24,000 bases of DNA. It comes from Virgibacillus sp. SK37. GTDB taxonomy: Bacteria; Bacillota; Bacilli; Bacillales; Amphibacillaceae. This document shows positions 17,700-24,000 of the stretch, one piece after another. Position 1 is the stretch's first letter; every line of letters starts with the position of its first letter. A model generated the notes under the pieces. It made no database searches, was not told the DNA's origin, and saw only the letters and a program-made list of their open reading frames with translations. The stretch is taken from contig NZ_CP007161.1 of the NCBI RefSeq assembly GCF_000725285.1, forward strand, positions 581,911-605,910, given 5' to 3'. Both the position numbers and the translations under genes were made by a program.

Positions 17700-17879
17700 T
17701 ACATAGATTTACATCAGTGGGATATAAAAAGCCAAGGGTCTAGTGTCTCTATTAGAAGTGCCGATCGGCGCACTATAATTTGTTATCATGTTAACTTTGT
17801 TAATTGTTATTATAGTCGCTAAGTTGCGCTACGCGTAATTTTGAGAAAGTACTCCCTCTACTCTAAAATGAGGATAGTT
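17700..17879 (+). ncRNA. Candidate retron msr-msd non-coding RNA (boundaries approximate)
   Basis: Non-coding spacer directly upstream of the RT with locally GC-rich, structured sequence in an AT-rich island. It holds the perfect palindrome GCCGATCGGC (17760-17769). It also holds a longer hairpin of 17767-17779 with 17809-17820 (ACTATAAT/ATTATAGT plus a GCG/CGC extension with one bulge), and GCGCTACGCGT at 17826-17836. I could not find convincing a1/a2 repeats by eye. Confidence 0.35.
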
Positions 17880-18881
17880 ATGCAAATATACATATATAGA
17901 GAAGATTTCTTTTATAATAAGATACTAGCAACCTCAAAATCACTAGTCGAAGAAATACTAAAAGATAAAAGTAAATATTATACTAAAAGAAAAATCCCGA
18001 AAAAAAATGGTTTTCGTACTATTAACTGCCTTGAAAAAAATTCGGCTTTATCAAAAATTCAGCAAAGCATTCGAATTAACTTCCTAAATACAATATCAAT
18101 TCCAAATTATGTTTATGGTTTTGTATCAGGTCAATCATACAGCGATTATCTGAAACCCCACGTTAGACGAAAGTATTACCTGAGACTAGATATAAAGAAC
18201 TTTTTTGAAAACATTACAAATGACACTCTGGAATCTGTATTCTCCTATTATTTTCGTCTGAATGATAATAAAAATAATGAAGAATTATTATTACTTATTG
18301 ATTTAATCACATTAGATGGAAAATTACCACAGGGGGCAATCACGTCTCCCACTATATCTAACATTGTATTTAGGCAATTAGATATTAGAATAAATAAATA
18401 CTGTAAAAAGTTTAATATTAACTACTCTAGATATGCTGATGACCTTTTATTTTCTACTGATAATAAATTCTTACATAATGATTTTTTCATTAAGAAGATT
18501 AAATATATTTTATCTACTAGGGGATTCGAATTAAATAAACATAAAATAAGATATGATCAAGATTCTATCTCCTTAAATGGTTTTGTTATAGAAGATAATA
18601 TTAGGATCTCAAGGAGCAAACTAAAAGGATTGTCCAGTACTTTATTTATTATTGATAAGCATAGGAGTAATTTTGATATAACAAAATTACTCTCTGATAT
18701 TAACAATAGTGGATTAAATAGAGAAATTAAAAATAAATATTCACTACTAAATTATTTAGCTGGTTATAGAGCATTTTTATTGCAATTCTTAGATAGAGAA
18801 AACCCAGAGGAGTATTATAATAAAAAAGTTTCTAATTACGTTATTAGAATACAAAATTCCATTGAATTGTTACGAGGGTAA
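17880..18881 (+). CDS. Retron-type reverse transcriptase (333 aa from ATG 17880; the ORF is open from TTG 17841)
   Basis: IPKKNGFRTI, LSKIQQSI, YGFVSGQSY...YLRLDIKNFFENI, LPQGAITSPTISN, YADD (18432-18443), SLNGFVIED. Size and motif order fit retron RTs, and there is no maturase or endonuclease domain. GAGGA at 17870-17874 favours the ATG at 17880. Confidence 0.8.
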   Translation: MQIYIYREDFFYNKILATSKSLVEEILKDKSKYYTKRKIPKKNGFRTINCLEKNSALSKIQQSIRINFLNTISIPNYVYGFVSGQSYSDYLKPHVRRKYYLRLDIKNFFENITNDTLESVFSYYFRLNDNKNNEELLLLIDLITLDGKLPQGAITSPTISNIVFRQLDIRINKYCKKFNINYSRYADDLLFSTDNKFLHNDFFIKKIKYILSTRGFELNKHKIRYDQDSISLNGFVIEDNIRISRSKLKGLSSTLFIIDKHRSNFDITKLLSDINNSGLNREIKNKYSLLNYLAGYRAFLLQFLDRENPEEYYNKKVSNYVIRIQNSIELLRG

Positions 18882-18910
18882 GCTTTATTCTTAGACTGCT
18901 AAAAATTTGT

Positions 18911-19059
18911 TAACATTTTGCTAACGCTATCCCATAATAAACGGTAAATCCCCGTTAAAGATGTTACAGTTACAAAATCGTAAAATGTTGATTTACCGCA
19001 CTTTAGAAACACAACATGAAAGATGTTACAACTTATCATTTTGTGGGCGGCATGATGTA
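18911..19059 (+). repeat. Copy B of the 149-bp direct-repeat module (partner at 8952-9100)
   Basis: Same length and same terminal blocks as copy A. GATGTTACA occurs at 18960-18968 and 19022-19030, the same 62-bp spacing as in copy A. Similarity starts about 10 nt after the RT stop codon and ends abruptly at 19059. Confidence 0.85.
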
Positions 19060-19084
19060 AGCCCACTTTAAACCCATTGATATA

Positions 19085-19117
19085 ACGAGGTCTACCTAAG
19101 AGTAGATCTCGTTTTTT
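19085..19117 (+). terminator. Rho-independent terminator
   Basis: 11-bp stem ACGAGGTCTAC (19085-19095) / GTAGATCTCGT (19102-19112) with one G-U pair and a 6-nt loop, then a T-run to 19117. Confidence 0.7.
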
Positions 19118-19187
19118 ATGTGGAGACAACAAAACACACTCACAGTAATATTTTGTAATAAAATTTTCATAAAATAACCATTTTAAT

Positions 19188-19216
19188 TTTACTGTTAAAC
19201 GGGTATTACATATAAT
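19188..19216 (+). promoter_or_regulatory. SigA-type promoter candidate for the small DUF2187-like gene
   Basis: TTTACT (19188-19193), a 17-nt spacer, then TATAAT (19211-19216), about 45 nt upstream of the ATG at 19261. Confidence 0.5.
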
Positions 19217-19260
19217 AGAAAGAAATAGTAGTTAATACTAAACAATGGGGTGGAGAATAT

Positions 19261-19440
19261 ATGAGTTCAAATAAGACGGTAGAAGTAGGCGACAAGATAT
19301 CTTTTATGTCTGGAGTACAAGGAATTGTCGAGAAAATTAATGAGAATTCTGTAATAGTGCTAGTTACTAAAAATAATACGGAACATGATTTTGAAGGAAA
19401 TAAAACGGTTGTAGCTCATAAAAATTATGAAATTATTTAA
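19261..19440 (+). CDS. Small conserved protein, 59 aa, YkvS/DUF2187-like
   Basis: Not in the ORF track (under 60 aa). GGTGGAG lies 6-7 nt before the ATG. MSSNKTVEVGDKISFMSGVQGIVEKINENSVIVLV...VVAHKNYEII matches my memory of the Bacillus YkvS-type pattern (VGD.I.F..G..G.VEKINENSVIV...HKNY.II). Confidence 0.6.
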   Translation: MSSNKTVEVGDKISFMSGVQGIVEKINENSVIVLVTKNNTEHDFEGNKTVVAHKNYEII

Positions 19441-19447
19441 GTGTTAA

Positions 19448-19487
19448 TAAAAAAATCACCTGCGCTTCGTTTTACACGCAGGTGATT
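19448..19487 (-). terminator. Rho-independent terminator for the minus-strand FMN reductase gene (possibly bidirectional)
   Basis: 11-bp perfect stem AATCACCTGCG (19454-19464) / CGCAGGTGATT (19477-19487). The A-run at 19448-19455 on the + strand gives a U-tract on the minus strand. Confidence 0.7.
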
Positions 19488-19491
19488 CATT

Positions 19492-20043
19492 CTATTGCTT
19501 CACACTCATTTTTTCTATCCAGTGAACAAAGTTATCCATCACAGAATCAATAAACTGTGCTGTTTGCTCATCGGTTAAATTGCCGTTTTCATCTATTTTC
19601 TCATGGACGGCACCTACATAAACTTCATTTCCAGGTAGTGTAATAGTTCCAACGCCAGGTGCATTTAAAATTTGGCGAAGATGCATTTGCGCTTTTACTG
19701 TTCCTAAGCGTCCCATTGATGCGCCAACGATCATTGCGGGTTTGTTTACCATTACTTTATCTACACGAGAAAACCAGTCAATAGCATTTTTTAATACACC
19801 TGAGATGGACGCATTATATTCAGGTGTCGCAAATAGGATGCCATCACTGTTTCTGATTTTTTCTCTAATATCCTCTACAATATCAGATGGATTTAGTTCA
19901 TCATCCTGATTATAAAATGGAAGCTGCCCAATTGGTAAAATCTCAATGTCCAGCTTATCCTTATATCTTTCCTGCATAAAAGATGTGAGTTTCATGTTAT
20001 ATGAATCTTTACGGTTACTTCCTACCATTGCAACTATTTTCAC
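19492..20043 (-). CDS. NADPH-dependent FMN reductase family oxidoreductase (183 aa)
   Basis: MKIVAMVGSNRKDSYN..., ATPEYNASISGVLKNAIDWFSR and GASMGRLGT are signatures of the FMN_red family. Confidence 0.8.
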   Translation of the reverse strand: MKIVAMVGSNRKDSYNMKLTSFMQERYKDKLDIEILPIGQLPFYNQDDELNPSDIVEDIREKIRNSDGILFATPEYNASISGVLKNAIDWFSRVDKVMVNKPAMIVGASMGRLGTVKAQMHLRQILNAPGVGTITLPGNEVYVGAVHEKIDENGNLTDEQTAQFIDSVMDNFVHWIEKMSVKQ

Positions 20044-20290
20044 GTTTATTCCTCCGATTTTGTTCTGGTTGATTGTTGGGTAATCAGTATATTTTTATCA
20101 AATCTATAGTGGCAGTGCAAGTAATCTGTTTAGGTTCAGCCATTTAAATCTAATTTTAGGCTTCCATTTTGTAAATACACTTGTTTTGGTATTGAATTAT
20201 ATGTATCATCACATATTAAATAAATGTTATGTTGATTTCACTTAAAATTTCAACAACACATAAGAACCTGCTAAGTGAGAGGAGAAAAGA

Positions 20291-21766
20291 ATGGATTTCA
20301 ACAACATCGTTAAAGAACTTGCAACAGAAATGAAAACATTCACAGAAATAACAAGTAGAGATATACAAATTAAAGGGATTGCTTATGATTCACGTAAAGT
20401 AAAAGAAGGCTATCTTTTTATTGCGATTAAAGGTGTGCAAGCTGATGGACATCGTTTTATAGATGAAGCAATTAGACAGGGAGCTACTGTGATTGTTGGA
20501 GAAAATGACATTTCCCTTGAGGATACGCCGTATATAAAAGTAGATAATGCAAGAAGAGCCCTCGCTATTTTAAGTGACCGTTTTTATCATTCCCCATCTA
20601 TGAATAAATTTATCATTGGGATTACGGGGACGAATGGTAAAACAACGACAAGCTATTTATTAAAACATGTGCTCGAGCAGGCAGATGTCTCTTGTACGAT
20701 GATTGGCTCCATTCAAAATAGTGTAAATGGAAAAATCTATCCTTCAATGAATACTACCCCAGGCCCCTTGGAATTAAATCAGCTGCTGTACGAAAGTAGG
20801 GATGAAATTGTAGTTATGGAAGTCAGTTCTCACGCATTAAAGCAATGTAGAGTAGATGGTATACTTTTTGATGTCGCATTATTCACTAATTTAAGCCATG
20901 ATCATTTAGATTATCATGCTTCCATGCAAGAATATTTTAATGTAAAGAAACTATTATTTGATAAGCTGAAAAAAGGCGGAAAAGCTGTAGTAAACAGTGA
21001 TGACAGTTATGGTGAACAGTTGTTGGAGATCTTGTACGAAAAGGGAGTTGCTTCTTTTACTGTTGGAAGAACAAAAGGAAATGATGTTAGACTTGTGTCC
21101 CTGAATGATTCGCAACAAAAGATGAAGCTATATGATGGAGTGAACCCCTTTGAGATCGATACAAAATTGCCCGGAATGCACAATTTTTATAATATGGCGA
21201 CGGCGTATCTTGCAGCAAAAATAGCGGGAGTAGATACCGAGGCAATTGCTTTGGCCCTTACTAACTTCACAGGTATTCCAGGTCGTTTTCAGCAGATAAA
21301 AAGCGATGGGGTAACTTGTGTTATTGATTATGCCCATACTCCGGATGCTGTTTTTCATTGTTTACAAGCAGCAAGACAAGCAGGTGCTAAACAGCTCAAG
21401 CATATCTTTGGCTGGCGCGGGGGCCGGGATGAGACGAAACGGAGCGAAATGCTCTCCATTTCTGCAGAGATTTCTGATTACTATACATTAACATTAGATG
21501 ATTTAAATGGGGTCACACAGGAGAAAATGATTTCGGATATAGAGAAATTACAGAGCGAAAATGGCATGTCTAATGGCACTATTATTCCGGATCGAACTCT
21601 AGCGATAATGAAGGCGATAGAAGATGCTACGACAGGTGACTGGATTGTTATCACAGGGAAAGGCAATGAGGAATACCAGCAAGATTTCCACCTTGATAGT
21701 AAATCAGATGAAGAAACAGTCACATATTGTTTTAACAATTTAGTGATAAAGGGAGAAGAGGAATAA
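20291..21766 (+). CDS. MurE-family Mur ligase paralogue (UDP-MurNAc-L-Ala-D-Glu amino-acid ligase type), 491 aa
   Basis: GITGTNGKTTT P-loop, MEVSSHAL, and DYAHTPDA are typical of MurE. The C-terminus is GWRGGRDETKR instead of GCGGDRD, and TLDDLNG sits where DAP-type MurE has DNPR. The gene is not in a dcw-cluster context. Confidence 0.7.
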   Translation: MDFNNIVKELATEMKTFTEITSRDIQIKGIAYDSRKVKEGYLFIAIKGVQADGHRFIDEAIRQGATVIVGENDISLEDTPYIKVDNARRALAILSDRFYHSPSMNKFIIGITGTNGKTTTSYLLKHVLEQADVSCTMIGSIQNSVNGKIYPSMNTTPGPLELNQLLYESRDEIVVMEVSSHALKQCRVDGILFDVALFTNLSHDHLDYHASMQEYFNVKKLLFDKLKKGGKAVVNSDDSYGEQLLEILYEKGVASFTVGRTKGNDVRLVSLNDSQQKMKLYDGVNPFEIDTKLPGMHNFYNMATAYLAAKIAGVDTEAIALALTNFTGIPGRFQQIKSDGVTCVIDYAHTPDAVFHCLQAARQAGAKQLKHIFGWRGGRDETKRSEMLSISAEISDYYTLTLDDLNGVTQEKMISDIEKLQSENGMSNGTIIPDRTLAIMKAIEDATTGDWIVITGKGNEEYQQDFHLDSKSDEETVTYCFNNLVIKGEEE

Positions 21767-21782
21767 GCTTTTCTATATCGTG

Positions 21783-22157
21783 CTATTTCTCTCTCACCTC
21801 TATCATTATTTTTGTTACGTAATGATCTATCCCATTAACAGATATTTCATCTAGTATGTATTCTTCATATGCCCAGTTTCCCAATTTTAAATGTGCTTTC
21901 TGGATATAGTGAAGAAGCTTGGCATAGGTTTGATCAATGGTAGTCTCTCGGCCAATATGGTATCCAATAACACAGAAGCCTGCTTCCTTCGCATAGGTAA
22001 TTGTCTGAGTCGGAACCGTTTCCAGTCGGTTATACAAATAATAATAATTGTCGAAGTCTCCATCCAGCACTTCTTTTCTCCTTATCATTCCACCAATAGG
22101 ATGACCGCTATCTACCTTCATCTCTTTTAAACAAGAATGGAACTGTGAAATAGTCAA
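21783..22157 (-). pseudogene. GyrI-like effector-binding domain fragment of a MerR/BmrR-type regulator (124 codons, no HTH)
   Basis: C-terminal ...GYHIGRETTIDQTYAKLLHYIQKAHLKLGNWAYEEYILDEISVNGIDHYVTKIMIEV fits the GyrI-like domain. There is no N-terminal MerR HTH, and the sequence upstream of the Met is the antisense of a GNAT fragment. Confidence 0.45.
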
Positions 22158-22160
22158 GCA

Positions 22161-22328
22161 ATGCTGGATACCCTGAAAAAAGAGTATCCAGCCCAGACTA
22201 TTTATTTGAGTGTGTATGAAAATAATCTGCCAGCCATCTATTTGTACGAAAAATTTGGTTTCGCATTTATCGAAGAACGAGATATAAACGGAGAAAAAAT
22301 AATGAAGCTAGAGACTGCGATGAAATAA
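22161..22328 (+). pseudogene. C-terminal fragment (55 codons) of a GNAT-family N-acetyltransferase
   Basis: ...TIYLSVYENNLPAIYLYEKFGFAFIEERDINGEKIMKLE is the GNAT motif A/B tail (L.V...N..AI.LYEK.GF). The roughly 100 N-terminal residues of a normal GNAT are missing, and an in-frame stop lies at 22146-22148. Confidence 0.5.
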
Positions 22329-22342
22329 ACCGCAGTCTTTTT
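22312..22342 (+). terminator. Rho-independent terminator after the GNAT fragment
   Basis: 8-bp stem AGACTGCG (22312-22319) / CGCAGTCT (22331-22338), then TTTTT. Confidence 0.55.
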
Positions 22343-22399
22343 GTATGAATTGAAATAAGTATAAAATAAGATTCTCTGCAAAAAATTCTAATATGTGGG

Positions 22400-22429
22400 T
22401 TGACTTGAAAACGCATCCATTGATACTAT
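22400..22429 (+). promoter_or_regulatory. SigA-type promoter candidate upstream of the TetR gene
   Basis: TTGACT (22400-22405), an 18-nt spacer, then TACTAT (22424-22429). The palindrome CAACC-A-GGTTG (about 22516-22526) downstream could be an operator. Confidence 0.3.
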
Positions 22430-22566
22430 GGCCAAGGTAGAAAGAGCGTTCTATCTATTTTATTTATAAAAGTAATCCTATATGGCACAAATAACTCTAA
22501 TCGCTGTAAAAATGTACAACCAGGTTGCATCTTCCCCTGGTTTAATTTTATGAAGGAGGTAAAGCA

Positions 22567-23121
22567 GTGGGGAGATCAATGAAAAAAGAGAAAATACTTG
22601 AAGTAGCCGAACGTTTATTTTATGAGCATGGCTTTCGTGGAGTAGGTTTAAAACAAATTATTCGTGAAGCAGATGTAGCCACAATGACGCTTTATAATCA
22701 CTTTTCCTCAAAGGAAAGTCTTGTGCAAGAGGTTTTGAAACAAAGGGAACAGCGATATTGGAGTTATTTGGATGCGCACATCGAGAAAAATTCAGATTTG
22801 CCAATTTTACTTGCATTGGAAGCACATGGAGAGTGGCTGAAGCATCAATCCTACAAAGGAGATATGTTTCTTCGTGCCATGGTTGATTATGCGGGTTTTA
22901 ATAGTGAAATTGTAACTATTGTGAGAACACATAAAGATAGGTTATTACAATACTTTCAAGAATTGGCAAGTCAAAGTGTGGATGGAGATGCAGATGAATT
23001 GGCATATCAGTTCACGCTTTTGATAGAGGGAGCGACATCATTAACTGCTTTGGTAGGGGCGGACAAGGCTACAGAGCATTCTCTAGCTATCGCCCGCAAA
23101 TTAACGAGCAATATTAACTAA
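22567..23121 (+). CDS. TetR/AcrR-family transcriptional regulator (184 aa)
   Basis: N-terminal HTH EKILEVAERLFYEHGFRGVGLKQIIREADVATMTLYNHFSSKESL. GTG start with GGAGG 7 nt upstream. Confidence 0.85.
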   Translation: MGRSMKKEKILEVAERLFYEHGFRGVGLKQIIREADVATMTLYNHFSSKESLVQEVLKQREQRYWSYLDAHIEKNSDLPILLALEAHGEWLKHQSYKGDMFLRAMVDYAGFNSEIVTIVRTHKDRLLQYFQELASQSVDGDADELAYQFTLLIEGATSLTALVGADKATEHSLAIARKLTSNIN

Positions 23122-23139
23122 TTAAGGAGTAGAGTTTAT

Positions 23140-24000
23140 ATGAAGCAAGTTACAAGTGTATTTTGGGTATCTATTGTTATTTGTATAGCCTTTGTTTTAT
23201 GGGGTTCCCTGGCTCCTGAAAATTTAGGCACCGTAACAGGAGATATACAAGGATTTCTAACTAAGAACTTTGGATGGTTTTATTTATTATCTGTTACTAT
23301 ATTTCTTTTATTTTCTATTTATTTGATTTTCAGTCCTTATGGAAAAATTCGTCTTGGTAAGCAAAGTGACCGACCAGAGTATAACAAAATTACATGGTTT
23401 GCTATGTTATTTAGTGCTGGTATGGGAATTGGGTTAATTTTCTGGGGCTCAGCTGAACCGCTTGCCCATTTTGCGGCTCCACCAAACGCAGAGCCTGAAA
23501 CAATTGAGGCAGCCAGAAATTCTTTGCGCTATACATTCTTTCATTGGGGTTTCCATACATGGGCGATTTACACGGTTATTGGATTGGCCATTGCCTACTT
23601 TAAATTCCGCAGAGAAGCACCTGGTTTGATCAGTGCAACATTTCAGCCGATCCTAGGAAACAGAGTGAACGGGCTAATTGGTAAGACAATTGATGTAATT
23701 GCCGTATTTGCAACCATATTTGGTGTAGCTACATCTCTTGGCTTAGGCGCTTCCCAGATTGGTGGAGGTCTTGCTTTTCTTACCGATATTGATAATGATT
23801 TCTTAACGCAATTTATTATTATTCTAATTGTTACCGTACTATTTATGTTCTCTGCATGGACAGGTATTAGTAAAGGGATTAAATATCTAAGTAATACAAA
23901 CATCGTTCTAGCCGTTATATTAATTTTGCTAACTATTATTATCGGACCTGGTGTCTATATTATGAATTTATTCTCTTCTACTTTAGGTGAATATTTACAA
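23140..24000 (+). CDS. BCCT-family (OpuD/BetT-like) glycine betaine/osmolyte transporter, 5' part (runs off the window)
   Basis: ATG at 23140 with AAGGAG 10 nt upstream. The frame stays open to nt 24000 (287 codons). WFAMLFSAGMGIGLIFWGSAEPL and FHWGFHTWAIY are BCCT signatures. Absent from the ORF track because no stop lies in the window. Confidence 0.85.
   Translation, partial: MKQVTSVFWVSIVICIAFVLWGSLAPENLGTVTGDIQGFLTKNFGWFYLLSVTIFLLFSIYLIFSPYGKIRLGKQSDRPEYNKITWFAMLFSAGMGIGLIFWGSAEPLAHFAAPPNAEPETIEAARNSLRYTFFHWGFHTWAIYTVIGLAIAYFKFRREAPGLISATFQPILGNRVNGLIGKTIDVIAVFATIFGVATSLGLGASQIGGGLAFLTDIDNDFLTQFIIILIVTVLFMFSAWTGISKGIKYLSNTNIVLAVILILLTIIIGPGVYIMNLFSSTLGEYLQ

Noticed and set aside
8952-19059. 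The 149-bp repeats as template/variable repeats of a diversity-generating retroelement, given the nearby RT
   Set aside because: Differences between the copies are not adenine-specific (a/t, t/c, a/c, c/t and g/a all occur, and whole blocks are replaced). Neither copy lies in a coding region. The RT has retron-type rather than DGR-type features.
18899-19132. 77-aa minus-strand ORF downstream of the RT
   Set aside because: It spans copy B of the repeat module and a + strand terminator. The homologous copy A has no equivalent ORF, so coding is not conserved.
21128-22130. ORFs 21128-21358(-) and 21481-21738(-) within the MurE-family gene, and 21891-22130(+) within the GyrI-like fragment
   Set aside because: They are antisense shadow ORFs of better-supported genes.
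23643-23903. 86-aa minus-strand ORF
   Set aside because: It lies antisense to the BCCT transporter ORF, which is open from 23140 to the window end and carries clear family signatures.
1-24000. CRISPR arrays, tRNA, rRNA or tmRNA genes
   Set aside because: I found no regularly spaced short direct repeats and no cloverleaf-like or rRNA-like conserved segments on either strand. This was checked by eye only; tRNAscan-SE, Infernal or a CRISPR finder should confirm.

Overview
All calls come from reading motifs by eye; no homology search or RNA folding was run. Nt 1 to about 19,060 look like the right-hand part of a visibly AT-rich, IS-riddled anti-phage defence island in a low-GC Firmicute (Bacillaceae-like) chromosome. 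Nt 19,060-24,000 are ordinary housekeeping genes. Island content, all on the + strand unless noted: (1) a Hachiman-like pair: a partial PD-(D/E)xK-like gene running off the left edge plus a 795-aa DEAH helicase. (2) Directly downstream, an unassigned 1021-aa DExH helicase with a long unrecognisable middle and a nuclease-like C-terminus. (3) A deaminase-like gene plus a small partner gene. The deaminase-like gene lost its 5' end to an ISL3-family insertion (minus strand) with a perfect 8-bp target duplication; the uninterrupted ORF can be rebuilt. (4) A complete three-ORF IS66-family element, also with a perfect 8-bp target duplication. (5) A 46-codon tyrosine-integrase N-terminal remnant. (6) An orphan 2-TM/Cys-knuckle protein. 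(7) A Gabija pair (gajA, compact gajB). (8) A retron-like module: an OLD-type ATPase-TOPRIM gene, a 197-bp GC-rich structured spacer (candidate msr-msd) and a retron-type RT. The least explained structure is a 149-bp module present twice in direct orientation exactly 9,959 bp apart (8952-9100 and 18911-19059). It has conserved blocks, diverged blocks of equal length and an internal spaced motif, and it brackets the integrase remnant, Gabija and the retron. The core region holds a DUF2187-like small ORF, an FMN reductase, a MurE-family ligase lacking the DNPR motif, a head-to-head junction of two truncated genes, a TetR regulator and a partial BCCT transporter. I saw no tRNA, rRNA or CRISPR array.
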